DNA from: Candidatus Latescibacterota bacterium
GTDB taxonomy: Bacteria > Latescibacterota > UBA2968
Reading direction: 5' to 3'
NCBI GenBank assembly: GCA_965208125.1
Contig: OZ242320.1
Location: 4,000,001-4,064,000, forward strand
DNA length: 64,000 nucleotides
Position numbers and translations under genes: made by a program. Shown one piece after another: positions 25,720 to 35,383 of this stretch. Every line of letters starts with the position of its first letter. Positions within the stretch are counted from its first letter, which is position 1. A model generated the notes under the pieces. It was not told the DNA's origin, did no database searches, and saw only the letters and a program-made list of their open reading frames with translations.

Positions 25720-27504
25720 ATGAAATATCTCAAAGGCATACAGGCATCTCCGGGCATTGCAATTGCACCGGTGTATTTATACGATCCGGAAGAGTTTCCC
25801 GTGGATCAACGCCGGATAGATCCCAGCGATATTCCCGCAGAAAAAGCGAGGCTGCAAGAGGCAGTCAAAGCAGTGTCTGAGGATTTCGCAGCTACACGGG
25901 CGCATGTCGAGGACATACTGGGCAAAGAGCACGCGCAGATATTCGACGCGCATCTGCTCATGTTGCAAGACCCCATGCTTCTCGAGCTTACATATCCACA
26001 CATAGAAAAATATAATGCCGAATACGCTTTCTGGACGACTTTCCAGAATTTGCGTCGTCAATTTGAAGCGTTTCAAGATGATTATTTGAGAGAACGCGGT
26101 GCCGATTTATTGGGCATTGCAAAGCGAGTGTTAGCCAAATTGGGGAATTGGGAAAAGGCCGGGTTAGACCGATTGCCCGACAAAGCGATTGTCGTTGCAC
26201 GCGATTTAATGCCCGACGATATGGCGCACTTACAACCCGACCGGGTTTTGGGACTTGTGACAGAGGTCGGTGGTCCCACGTCCCACGCGATTATTCTGGC
26301 GCGCGGGTTAGAGATCCCCGCTGTTGTCAGCGTTGCCAATGCGCTATCTGATGCGCGTATAGGCGATATCGCGATAGTAGATGGTCGCCGCGGAGATTTT
26401 ATTCTCAACCCGGATGATAAAACACTCGCACAGTATCGAAGCCTGGCCGAAAGATTGAGAAAGCGAAAGGCCGGGTTGGTCGATTCCCGAGATTTGCCCG
26501 CCCAGACTGAGGACGGTGTTCGGGTCGCGTTGCAGGCCAATGTGGAATTGCCCAGCGAGGTGCATTCTGCGATGGACTACGGTGCTGAGGGCGTCGGGTT
26601 GTACCGCACGGAATATCTCTATCTCTCCAGCGATATTTTGCCCGATGAGGCCTCGCAGGTTGCCGCTTATTCGCAAATGGCCAGGCGTATTGCGCCACAT
26701 CCTCTCGTGATTCGCACCCTGGATCTGGGGGGCGATAAAATGTCGCATGTGCTCAATACACAGACAGAGATGAATCCCTTTTTGGGTTTGCGTTCCATCC
26801 GGCTGACGCTGAGACACCGCGACCTTTTTAAAGTGCAGCTTCGGGCGATCTTAAAAGCGAGTGCTGTTGGCAATGTGAAGTTGATGTTGCCCCTGATTTC
26901 GGGGATTGACGAATTGCGCGAGGCTCTTGCCGTACTCGATGATGTGCGCGAAGAATTGACGCGAGAGGGCGTGCCTTTTAATCCCCAGTGTCCCGTTGGG
27001 GTCATGATCGAAGTTCCTTCTGCAGCGCTGATAGCCGATCAATTGGCGCGGGAAGTCGATTTTTTCAGCATTGGCACCAATGACCTGATCCAATACACGC
27101 TTGCCGTTGATCGCGGCAATGATCTCGTCTCGTATTTATTCGAGCCGTTTCACCCCGCGGTCTTGCGATTGATCAAGGGCGTGGTCGATGCAGCGCATGC
27201 GGAAAATATACCGGTGACTGTTTGCGGCGAGAATGCGGGAGATCCGCATTCTGGATTGTTGCTGGTGGGCCTGGGGGTTGATAAGCTGTCGATGACGCCT
27301 TCGGCACTGCCCGAGGTCAAACGCGCAATTCGCAATACATCTTTTAAGCAGCTTCAGACACTTGGCGAAGATGTGCTCAATATGCAGGAGATCGCAGATA
27401 TTCGAGCGCGTGTAAACGCCACGTTATCCGATGAGGATGACGAGATGTTCGTTGGGGGGGAAAGTGGTGAGACTACACTACAAATGAGATTGTCATTGTT
27501 CTGA
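25720..27504 (+). CDS. ptsI: PEP-protein phosphotransferase (Enzyme I)
   Basis: 'GGPTSHAIILAR', 'GVGLYRTE', 'RTLDLGGDK', 'FSIGTNDLIQY', 'VCGE'. Confidence 0.96.
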   Translation: MKYLKGIQASPGIAIAPVYLYDPEEFPVDQRRIDPSDIPAEKARLQEAVKAVSEDFAATRAHVEDILGKEHAQIFDAHLLMLQDPMLLELTYPHIEKYNAEYAFWTTFQNLRRQFEAFQDDYLRERGADLLGIAKRVLAKLGNWEKAGLDRLPDKAIVVARDLMPDDMAHLQPDRVLGLVTEVGGPTSHAIILARGLEIPAVVSVANALSDARIGDIAIVDGRRGDFILNPDDKTLAQYRSLAERLRKRKAGLVDSRDLPAQTEDGVRVALQANVELPSEVHSAMDYGAEGVGLYRTEYLYLSSDILPDEASQVAAYSQMARRIAPHPLVIRTLDLGGDKMSHVLNTQTEMNPFLGLRSIRLTLRHRDLFKVQLRAILKASAVGNVKLMLPLISGIDELREALAVLDDVREELTREGVPFNPQCPVGVMIEVPSAALIADQLAREVDFFSIGTNDLIQYTLAVDRGNDLVSYLFEPFHPAVLRLIKGVVDAAHAENIPVTVCGENAGDPHSGLLLVGLGVDKLSMTPSALPEVKRAIRNTSFKQLQTLGEDVLNMQEIADIRARVNATLSDEDDEMFVGGESGETTLQMRLSLF

Positions 27505-27525
27505 TTTTTTTATAGGAGCAAGTTT

Positions 27526-28659
27526 ATGGGGCGTTTGTTTACGTCGGAATCGGTTTCTGAAGGGCATCCAGATAAGGTAGCGGATCAAATTTCGGATGCC
27601 GTGCTGGATGCTATGTTAGAGAAAGATCCCAAATCGAGAGTGGCTTGTGAAACGCTGGTGACAACCGGGTTTGTGGTCGTCGCGGGGGAAGTGACCAGTA
27701 AGGCAGTTGTAGATTTTCAGTCGCTGGTGCGCGGCGTAATTAAAGAGATTGGCTATACGGATTCGAGCTATGGATTTGATTACAAAAGTTGTGAGATCAT
27801 GGTGAAATTGGATCAGCAATCGTCCGATATTGCGCTGGGAGTGGATACGGGTGGAGCGGGGGATCAAGGGATGATGTTTGGATATGCCTGTCGAGAAACA
27901 CCAGAATTAATGCCGTTGCCCATTATCCTGTCTCACAAATTGGTGGCAGAACTCGCGCAAATCCGGAAAGATAAAGGGCTTTCATATTTGCGTCCCGATA
28001 GCAAAGCACAGGTGACGGTGGAATACGACGGGGACGAACCGGCGCGCGCACACACGGTGGTGGTTTCGACGCAGCACGATGAAGACGTGTCCCACGAACA
28101 GATTGTGCGGGATGTGAAAGAGAAAGTGATCCGCGAGGTGGTGCCCACGCATCTTTTGGATGGAGATACGATTTATCACGTCAATCCAACTGGCAAATTT
28201 GTGGTAGGTGGACCATATGGCGATTGCGGATTGACCGGGCGGAAGATTATTGTGGATACGTACGGTGGGATGGGGCGTCACGGCGGCGGGGCGTTTTCAG
28301 GCAAAGATCCGACCAAGGTAGATCGCAGCGGACATTATGCGGCGCGCTGGGTCGCCAAAAATGTCGTTGCTGCGGGTCTTGCGTCTCGATGCGAAGTGCA
28401 ACTGGCTTACGCTATTGGGGTGGCAAAACCCGTTTCGGTCGCTGTAGATACGTTTGGTACGGGTAAAATTGAAGAATCAAAAATCGTTGATCTGATTGAC
28501 GATCACTTTGACCTGACGCCGTCGGGCATTATTGCTGCACTGAAATTGACCAGGCCCGTGTATCGTTCTACAGCCGCTTATGGTCATTTTGGACGCGGAG
28601 AATTTACATGGGAGCAGACGAGTAAAGCCGAGGTTTTAAGAAAAGCCGCAGGACTGTAA
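27526..28659 (+). CDS. metK: S-adenosylmethionine synthetase
   Basis: '[13 protein letters not shown]', 'GAGDQG', 'GGGAFSGKD'. Confidence 0.99.
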   Translation: MGRLFTSESVSEGHPDKVADQISDAVLDAMLEKDPKSRVACETLVTTGFVVVAGEVTSKAVVDFQSLVRGVIKEIGYTDSSYGFDYKSCEIMVKLDQQSSDIALGVDTGGAGDQGMMFGYACRETPELMPLPIILSHKLVAELAQIRKDKGLSYLRPDSKAQVTVEYDGDEPARAHTVVVSTQHDEDVSHEQIVRDVKEKVIREVVPTHLLDGDTIYHVNPTGKFVVGGPYGDCGLTGRKIIVDTYGGMGRHGGGAFSGKDPTKVDRSGHYAARWVAKNVVAAGLASRCEVQLAYAIGVAKPVSVAVDTFGTGKIEESKIVDLIDDHFDLTPSGIIAALKLTRPVYRSTAAYGHFGRGEFTWEQTSKAEVLRKAAGL

Positions 28660-28687
28660 TATTTTAATATCATCACGCCAATTTTTT

Positions 28688-28720
28688 AGCGCGGAATGCA
28701 CTTCCGCGCTTTTTTATTTT
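28688..28720 (+). terminator. intrinsic terminator after metK
   Basis: AGCGCGGAA-TGCAC-TTCCGCGCT plus T-tract. Confidence 0.85.
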
Positions 28721-28735
28721 GGGTAAATAGCGTTC

Positions 28736-30097
28736 TCATCTTTCGAGATCGTATTGTTTTATTTTTTTGTGCAAATTGGTGCGTTCGATGCCCAGGGCAT
28801 TGGATGCGCGTGTGACATTGCCTTTGTGTCGCTCCAGTGCCTGGGCAATGTAGTGCCGCTCAACGGCCTCGCGCACCTGACGAAGTGTTTTTCCTGCGCC
28901 GAGATCCGGGAAAGAACCGGGTTGTCTTGGAATGCTCATGCCATCTAAGGTGGGTAAATCTTCAGGGTAGATGGTGTCTCCCGAAACCATAATTGAGAGG
29001 CGTTCAACCAGGTTTTTCAGTTCGCGGATGTTGCCGGGCCAGTCGTATTGCAAGAGCAGGTCTCGCGCTTCTGCCGATAGTGCTTTGGGTAAAAATCCAT
29101 TTTCTTCAGCATAGGCTTTGAGGAAGTGTTCGGCCAGCGCGGGGATGTCTTCGCGACGCTCCCGCAAGGGCGGCGCTGTCAATGGCACCACATTCAGGCG
29201 AAAGTAGAGATCTTCTCGAAATTTGCCATGCTCGACTTCGGCGTGCAAGTTTTTGTTTGTCGCCGCGATGACGCGCACATCTACCCTAAAGGTTTTGGCA
29301 CCACCTACCCGTTCAAATTCACCCTGCTCAAGTGCGCGCAAAACCTTGGCCTGTACCGACAGGCTCATGTCGCCAATTTCATCGAGAAATAACGTCCCTC
29401 CATCGGCCTGGAGGAATTTGCCATCGCGCGTTTTGACCGCGCCGGTAAATGCGCCTCGATCACTTCCAAACAATTCGCTTTCAATGAGTTCTTCGGGAAT
29501 AGCAGCACAGTTTACTTTGATAAATGAATTTTTCGCTCTGTGACTCATTTTGTGAACAGCGCGGGCAATGAGTTCTTTGCCTGTGCCGCTTTCTCCGAGG
29601 ATGAGGACGCGTCCATTAGTGGGGGCAACGCGCGCGATCTGGTTGCGTATTTCTGATAGGGCAGGACTTTGCCCCACCATTTCATAGCGCCCTTCAATTT
29701 GTTGCTTGAGGTGGCGATTTTCCGCAGCGAGTTCCCGCGTTTGAAGGGCACGAGAAATCGCCAGGAGCACTTTGTCGCGATCGAGAGGTTTTTCCAGGAA
29801 ATCATAGGCCCCTCGTTTGATGGCGAGAACTGCGTTTTGCACATTGCCGTGTCCCGAAATCATGATGACTGCCAGATTGGGACGCACTTCGAGGAGTTTG
29901 GGCAACAGATCGAGGCCGTTGATTTCTGGCATAACAATATCGAGCAAGACCAGGTGAATGCGTTCTTTTTGCAATACGTCAAGTCCCACTTGTGCCGAGA
30001 CACAGGTAAAGACCTGATAGCCTTCACCCGATAAGATCATGTCTAAGGTTCGGCGAATATTTCTTTCGTCGTCAATAATGAGAATATTTTGGTTCAT
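28736..30097 (-). CDS. sigma54-dependent response regulator (NtrC/NtrX-like: REC-AAA+-HTH)
   Basis: REC 'IIDDE...LLDI'; GESGTGKE; intact GAFTGA; C-terminal Fis HTH. Confidence 0.95.
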   Translation of the reverse strand: MNQNILIIDDERNIRRTLDMILSGEGYQVFTCVSAQVGLDVLQKERIHLVLLDIVMPEINGLDLLPKLLEVRPNLAVIMISGHGNVQNAVLAIKRGAYDFLEKPLDRDKVLLAISRALQTRELAAENRHLKQQIEGRYEMVGQSPALSEIRNQIARVAPTNGRVLILGESGTGKELIARAVHKMSHRAKNSFIKVNCAAIPEELIESELFGSDRGAFTGAVKTRDGKFLQADGGTLFLDEIGDMSLSVQAKVLRALEQGEFERVGGAKTFRVDVRVIAATNKNLHAEVEHGKFREDLYFRLNVVPLTAPPLRERREDIPALAEHFLKAYAEENGFLPKALSAEARDLLLQYDWPGNIRELKNLVERLSIMVSGDTIYPEDLPTLDGMSIPRQPGSFPDLGAGKTLRQVREAVERHYIAQALERHKGNVTRASNALGIERTNLHKKIKQYDLER

Positions 30098-31536
30098 CGC
30101 TGTTCCTCCGGTTGCGCTATAGCTCGGTCGGGAATGGGGAGTTGAAGATCGAATTGTGCGCCTCCTTCAGGGGCATCAGTGACCGAGATGTGCCCTCCGT
30201 GATCTTCAATGATGTTGTGCACTACGGCAAGGCCCAGACCCATACCGCTTTCTTTTGTGGAGACATAAGGTTGGAAGATGCGCACGCGATCTTTCAGGGG
30301 CACACCCGGCCCGCTGTCAATTACGGACAGTATAGCCGTGTCGTCAGACGTGCGCGTACGAATCTCGATCTGGCCGTTTTTGTCAGAGGCGTCAAGACCA
30401 TTTTCTATAAGGTTAATCAGCACCCGACGCATCTGTTCGGCGTCGAGTTCGATCTCGGGCTGATTTTCCTCCAGGTTGAGGTGAATGCGGGCATCCGGGT
30501 AGAGGCGAACAACATTGTGTACACACTCATTGAGGTCGCTGAGAGATAGTGAGAGAGAGGGCATGCGGGCAAAGTTGGCAAATTCTTGAACCAGAGATCT
30601 GAGATTTTCGACTTCTTCCGTGACGATTTCCGTGCAGTTGGTTACAAATTGTTGATATGCGGGATCACTGCCAGAATATTTATCGCGCATTTGCTGCACG
30701 GCAAGTTGAATGGGCGTCAACGGATTTTTTATTTCATGAGCAAGGCGTCGCGCTATTTCGCGCCAGGCTGCAATTTGCTCGGCTTCGAGTCTTTTGCGTC
30801 TGTTTTCTACAAGGTCTTGCGCCATCTGGTTAAAGGATTCGATAAGTAGGCCGATCTCGTCATTCCTGCCTTTGGGAATGCGGTATTGCAGGTTATCGCG
30901 TGCCATTTCTCGCGTGCCTTTAAGCAGTGCGTTAAGCGGGCGCGTGATTCCAAAGCCAATGCGAACGCCAATCACAGATGCCAGCAGGACAACACCTGTT
31001 GCAGCGACGAGAAAGGCGAGTAGAAATGCTGTGCGCAGATCGTCTTCCGTCATTTCAATATGTTTGTACGTATGTACGGCATTTTCAACATCGATGAATG
31101 CCTCGAGTGAAAGCAGGGCAGTTAGTGCTCGTTGCGAATCGGGAAGCGCGAGTACCAGTTGAAGCTGATCGTTTTCTACTTTGGAGACCACGGGGCCTTG
31201 CGAAAGATCTATGTCGATCTGTTCGATAGGAGAAATATGCAGGGTCAGGTCGTCGAGATCGGCATCTGCAAACACGGCGTGTAAGGTATTGAGGTCGCGG
31301 TGAGGTGGCGCAGACAAAAGCTGTCCAATGTCCTGAAGTTGTCGTTTTTTGGCGTTGTAGTTCTCTTTTGCCAGAGAAAGCGCACTGGTCAGCGCACTGC
31401 CCATCTCGACATTGACGTTGGTCTGAAGGCTCTGCGCCACAAAGTATCGTGCGAGCAGTGCGAGTATGAGCGTCGTGCCCAATGCCAGACCAATCAGGGC
31501 GGCGATGATGCGCCAGCGCAGGGGAATAGCTCTCAT
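30094..31536 (-). CDS. membrane sensor histidine kinase (NtrY-like, HAMP)
   Basis: two TMs, HAMP, H-box 'AWREIARRLAHEIKNPLTPIQL', N/G boxes 'NLIEN', 'DSGPG', 'GMGLGL'. Confidence 0.93.
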   Translation of the reverse strand: MRAIPLRWRIIAALIGLALGTTLILALLARYFVAQSLQTNVNVEMGSALTSALSLAKENYNAKKRQLQDIGQLLSAPPHRDLNTLHAVFADADLDDLTLHISPIEQIDIDLSQGPVVSKVENDQLQLVLALPDSQRALTALLSLEAFIDVENAVHTYKHIEMTEDDLRTAFLLAFLVAATGVVLLASVIGVRIGFGITRPLNALLKGTREMARDNLQYRIPKGRNDEIGLLIESFNQMAQDLVENRRKRLEAEQIAAWREIARRLAHEIKNPLTPIQLAVQQMRDKYSGSDPAYQQFVTNCTEIVTEEVENLRSLVQEFANFARMPSLSLSLSDLNECVHNVVRLYPDARIHLNLEENQPEIELDAEQMRRVLINLIENGLDASDKNGQIEIRTRTSDDTAILSVIDSGPGVPLKDRVRIFQPYVSTKESGMGLGLAVVHNIIEDHGGHISVTDAPEGGAQFDLQLPIPDRAIAQPEEQR

Positions 31537-31557
31537 AGTTGTGTCTCCAGACAGTGT

Positions 31558-32169
31558 TTATTCATTAAGAAGGTGTGGGAGTGCGCTGGGGCGAAATCTG
31601 AACAGGTCAATCCATTCAGGAGATGTGGATCTGTCCAGAGTGAAAAAAAATTCGAGAAAGCTGCCTTTTTCGATTATCTTGAGCCATTGTCGCGTGCGTT
31701 CTCGTTGCTCGGGCGAGATTGGGTTTACGTCTATCCGCACCTGCAGGGTGATAGGCTCGTCGGGAAAGGGAAGCTGAGCCAGTGCGAGTCCCTGAAGTTC
31801 AGAACACGCGTGTCGAATGTCTTCAAAATGAGATGTAATCTGCGTGTCTGGTCGCGCGGATTGCCGGATGAGGCGATATTGCCCTTCCCAGATGTCGTGC
31901 TCCAAACGCCTGAACAGGCTGCTTTGGCCCAGATTATCTCCACGATCTGTCCGCAGGCGAAATTGCACGGCGATAGATGTCGTCATGCCCGATTCAATGG
32001 CGTCAATAGCCCGTTTTGAAAAGAGGGAATCGATGGTTGCATCGAGGCGCAAGGTGTCGGATTGCACATAAATATAAAGACTGTCTTGCGGTATGTGCTG
32101 TGCAAGTAAGGGTTGCACGCTGACAAGCAAGCAAACTGTGAGCGTCTGGATGTTGAAGAATCGAGCCAT
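31558..32169 (-). CDS. DUF4390-like exported protein
   Basis: signal peptide; 'DAIESGMTTSI...RRLEHDIWEGQY' pattern; position upstream of NtrY-like kinase. Confidence 0.65.
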   Translation of the reverse strand: MARFFNIQTLTVCLLVSVQPLLAQHIPQDSLYIYVQSDTLRLDATIDSLFSKRAIDAIESGMTTSIAVQFRLRTDRGDNLGQSSLFRRLEHDIWEGQYRLIRQSARPDTQITSHFEDIRHACSELQGLALAQLPFPDEPITLQVRIDVNPISPEQRERTRQWLKIIEKGSFLEFFFTLDRSTSPEWIDLFRFRPSALPHLLNE

Positions 32170-32176
32170 CTATTCC

Positions 32177-33445
32177 TCACAGACCAATCTTGACGCCGGC
32201 AAAACGATGTGATTTTACGATGAGTGTTCCCGTGCTGATTCCAAAACTGATATCTACGCGGTTAAAGAGCAGCATGCCCACGCCAAAGGCGAAGTCGGCA
32301 TCTCGCCGATTTTTGCCGTTTACAGAGCGATGTACACCGCCACTTTCGGCAAAGGCATATACCCGCCCCAGGGTTTTGAGATCGATGGCATAGAGGGCTT
32401 CAACTGCAAAAAATAGAGTGCCACCTTCTGGCCCAATAACGCGGCGTTCTATACCTCTGAGTTGATTATCCCCATCGAGATAAAAGCGTTCGTAAAAGGG
32501 CGGATTCCCCCAGACGCCCCCTGTTTTGACGCCGAGCGATAGGATGTGTCCTGCGGTAACTTGCTGGTGCCGATAGAGTTCAGTGCGAAATTTGATATAA
32601 TTTGCAACTGATCCCAGTAGTTTGGATGACAGTGTGAGCCGGGCATTAAAATCCGTACCTTGCCTCCAGATTGCGCTCACGGGTTGTTTGAACAGGTTAA
32701 AAGAAAGAGTGGAGAGGTTTTCTCTGCCTACGGCAGCTTTAATTTCATTGGCGAAGATCCCACCGCCCGTGGGGATGGAAGGGTGTTGAAAATCGCCGAT
32801 TTGTATAGCTTCAAAGGCGTATTTTAAGACGAAATGGTAGGCGCGCAGGGGAGAGGGTTGACCAAAACCCATGGCAAATCCGATGCGTTCGAGATCGTAG
32901 CGCCCTCTGATATCGGGGTTTCGATCGCGAAAAATGTCGCGGTCCGCAGAAGATCCTTTTACCTGAATGTGGAATGCCTGATTGGTTTTGAGAAAGAGCG
33001 GATCGCTGTAGTGAAAGCCCCAGTATTTGAAGCGTTCTCCCAAGCCGTATTCCACGCCGACTAATTTTCCTTCGCCACGCAGATTGGCATAATGCGCATT
33101 TGCGGATGCGCCAAAGCCATCGAGTTCGGAATATTCAAGGCTCATGCCCAGGTCGCCAAAGCGCTTTTCCTGCACATAGACCACGAGAATGGCTTTGCCT
33201 TTTTCTGCACCTGGTTTAACATTGACATATGCAGTTCGGAAAAGTAGCAATCGCTCGAGGATTACGCGGCAGCGGTCGATGTCCCCCTCACGCAGGTTAT
33301 CCCCCACTTTTATGGGTAAGACCTGGCGAATGATTTCAACACGGGTTTTTTCATTGCCGCGCACTTCAATCTTTTCTATTTCATGCCCAATTTGTCCCAG
33401 GGCAGGGGTGGCAAACAGGCAGAGCAGGATGAGATATTTGTACAT
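32177..33445 (-). CDS. Omp85 (BamA/TamA) family outer-membrane protein with one POTRA domain
   Basis: signal peptide; POTRA 'IEVRGNEKTRVEII'; 'NLRGEG'; barrel loop 'ERFYLDGDNQLRG'. Confidence 0.8.
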   Translation of the reverse strand: MYKYLILLCLFATPALGQIGHEIEKIEVRGNEKTRVEIIRQVLPIKVGDNLREGDIDRCRVILERLLLFRTAYVNVKPGAEKGKAILVVYVQEKRFGDLGMSLEYSELDGFGASANAHYANLRGEGKLVGVEYGLGERFKYWGFHYSDPLFLKTNQAFHIQVKGSSADRDIFRDRNPDIRGRYDLERIGFAMGFGQPSPLRAYHFVLKYAFEAIQIGDFQHPSIPTGGGIFANEIKAAVGRENLSTLSFNLFKQPVSAIWRQGTDFNARLTLSSKLLGSVANYIKFRTELYRHQQVTAGHILSLGVKTGGVWGNPPFYERFYLDGDNQLRGIERRVIGPEGGTLFFAVEALYAIDLKTLGRVYAFAESGGVHRSVNGKNRRDADFAFGVGMLLFNRVDISFGISTGTLIVKSHRFAGVKIGL

Positions 33446-33488
33446 AATGGCAGCACTCTTGTGGTTTTTGAATTTTTAGATATAATTA

Positions 33489-33504
33489 TGCAAAATCCGT
33501 GCCC
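33489..33504 (-). promoter_or_regulatory. sigma54 (-24/-12) promoter for the Omp85-DUF4390-HK-RR operon
   Basis: minus strand GGGCACGGATTTTGCA = GG-N10-GC, about 45 bp upstream of the start codon. Confidence 0.7.
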
Positions 33505-33661
33505 GTTTCTTGTGGTCTTTCTTAGATAAAAATAAAATTTGAAAAAATAAGAAGTTGTGCGTATATCTAATGTCTGAAACCCGATATGCGTTGTGTGAAA
33601 CAATACGACATGTGTATCTTTTTTGCAACAGGATTGCGGAATAATATTCTGGAGGGTGTAA

Positions 33662-34510
33662 ATGATGTCGGTTTCTCGTATTCTCGAAAAACTCAAGCGC
33701 GATGGGTTTTACGTGGTTGAAAATGTGATTCCCGAAGATGAGGTGGATGCCGTTCGGCAAGCCATAGTGGCAGCACAGGCGCAAAAACACGCAGAGTCAG
33801 AGGCGGCACTGGCAGCAACCCGGGCGAAGGGACATCGCGTTGGCGCAGAGGGTGTGGCGAGTTTGCGGCAGGTGATTAATGAGACGCAGATTTTCGCACC
33901 TTATCTGGCAAGTCGAAAGATGATGGATGTGGTGGATGCGCTGTTTGGACCTTATGCGCGCGTTTCTTGCACGGATTGTGTGATCAATTATCCGGGCAAT
34001 GAAAGGGGATACTGGCACGCGGATTGGCCGTATAATGCGACCAATGCGTCTCATGTTCCCGCGCCGTATCCCGATGCGTTATTGCATTTGTCGTCTATCT
34101 GGATGTTGACGGCGTTTAATGAGAAAAATGGCGGGACATTTCTCGTGCCGGGCAGTCATCGATGGCTCGATAACCCGGCCACAGGTGGGATGGACGATGT
34201 GGATCAGGATGCGCCGTATCCCTCCGAGATGCAGGTGAAGGGCGCAGCGGGCAGTGTGCTGATTTACGATAGTCGATTGTGGCATGCAGTGGCATCAAAT
34301 CAGAGTGATCAACCGCGCGTGGCTTTGATTGTGCGCTATGCCCCGTGGTGGTTGAATTTGAATCCGTCGCATATTGGCAAACCCGAGCACGAGATGATGG
34401 TGGTGGAGACAGGTGGCAAGAATTACGAATCTATGCCATTGCAAAAGGAGGTGTACGACGGGTTGCCGGAAAATGTGAAGCCTTTGTACCGTCACTGGGT
34501 CGAACAATAG
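33662..34510 (+). CDS. PhyH family dioxygenase
   Basis: 'WHAD', 'NGGTFLVPGSH', 'DSRLWHA', PRVAL. Confidence 0.9.
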   Translation: MMSVSRILEKLKRDGFYVVENVIPEDEVDAVRQAIVAAQAQKHAESEAALAATRAKGHRVGAEGVASLRQVINETQIFAPYLASRKMMDVVDALFGPYARVSCTDCVINYPGNERGYWHADWPYNATNASHVPAPYPDALLHLSSIWMLTAFNEKNGGTFLVPGSHRWLDNPATGGMDDVDQDAPYPSEMQVKGAAGSVLIYDSRLWHAVASNQSDQPRVALIVRYAPWWLNLNPSHIGKPEHEMMVVETGGKNYESMPLQKEVYDGLPENVKPLYRHWVEQ

Positions 34511-34538
34511 TTTGAAGTTACAGTAATGGAGGCTCGAT

Positions 34539-35372
34539 ATGACGCCAGAGCAAAAGTATTTCTTCGATTTGACGGGATATTTGCACTTAGAGGGCGTGGT
34601 GACAGGAGATGCGTTGGCACAAGCGCAAGCAGCGGCTGATCGGTATATGCAAGTGTCGGATGAGGATTTGCCGCCAGGTTTTCACGTAAATCGCTTGCGA
34701 AATCATTTTATCTGGCACCTTTACGGTTTTGCGTTTGACCGCGTACTGGAGGCTTTGACGCAACATCCCAAAGTGTGGCCGATTGTGAAAGCGCTGATGA
34801 ATGATCGCCCGCGTTTGACGAGTGGCAATTTGATGGTGAATAATCACACGCACGAATTTCATCCCCTGCATTCGGCACGGGAGAGTCCCAGCAAAGGACC
34901 TGAAGCACCGTACTATCTGGCTCGGGACGGAAAATGCCTGTGCGATCATCTGGTGGTGTTTTTTTATTTGACAGATGTGTATGAAGGCGATGGTGGTTTG
35001 ATTATTTTGCCGGGTTCACACAAGAGCGCGTTTGATCGGCCAGAGGGGTTTTTTTATCCGGGCAGCCGGACGCCCGAAGGTGGGTATAATCCGGATTATG
35101 TTTCCTATGATGTTCCGCCAGGGGTATTAAACGTGCTTCCCAAAGCGGGCGATGTGGTGATGATTTCAGAGATGGTGACACACGGTGCGCTGAGTTGGAA
35201 GCCGAGGGATCGAGACCGAAGATTTTTGACACTGCGGTACATGCCGCAGTTTGTGATGCCGCTAAATGAATTTCCCGATGAAATTGTCGAGCGATTGTTG
35301 CCCGAGACACAGGAGTTGATTGCAACAGCATCCTATTCGCAGATTAAGAAAATCGTGCAAAATGAAAATTAA
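34539..35372 (+). CDS. PhyH family Fe(II)/2OG enzyme lacking HxD/E (HSA)
   Basis: 'FDLTGYL', 'LHSA', 'DGGLIILPGSHK', 'AGDVVMISEMVTHG', 'RRFLTLRY'. Confidence 0.85.
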   Translation: MTPEQKYFFDLTGYLHLEGVVTGDALAQAQAAADRYMQVSDEDLPPGFHVNRLRNHFIWHLYGFAFDRVLEALTQHPKVWPIVKALMNDRPRLTSGNLMVNNHTHEFHPLHSARESPSKGPEAPYYLARDGKCLCDHLVVFFYLTDVYEGDGGLIILPGSHKSAFDRPEGFFYPGSRTPEGGYNPDYVSYDVPPGVLNVLPKAGDVVMISEMVTHGALSWKPRDRDRRFLTLRYMPQFVMPLNEFPDEIVERLLPETQELIATASYSQIKKIVQNEN

Positions 35373-35383
35373 GGGAGGAGACC

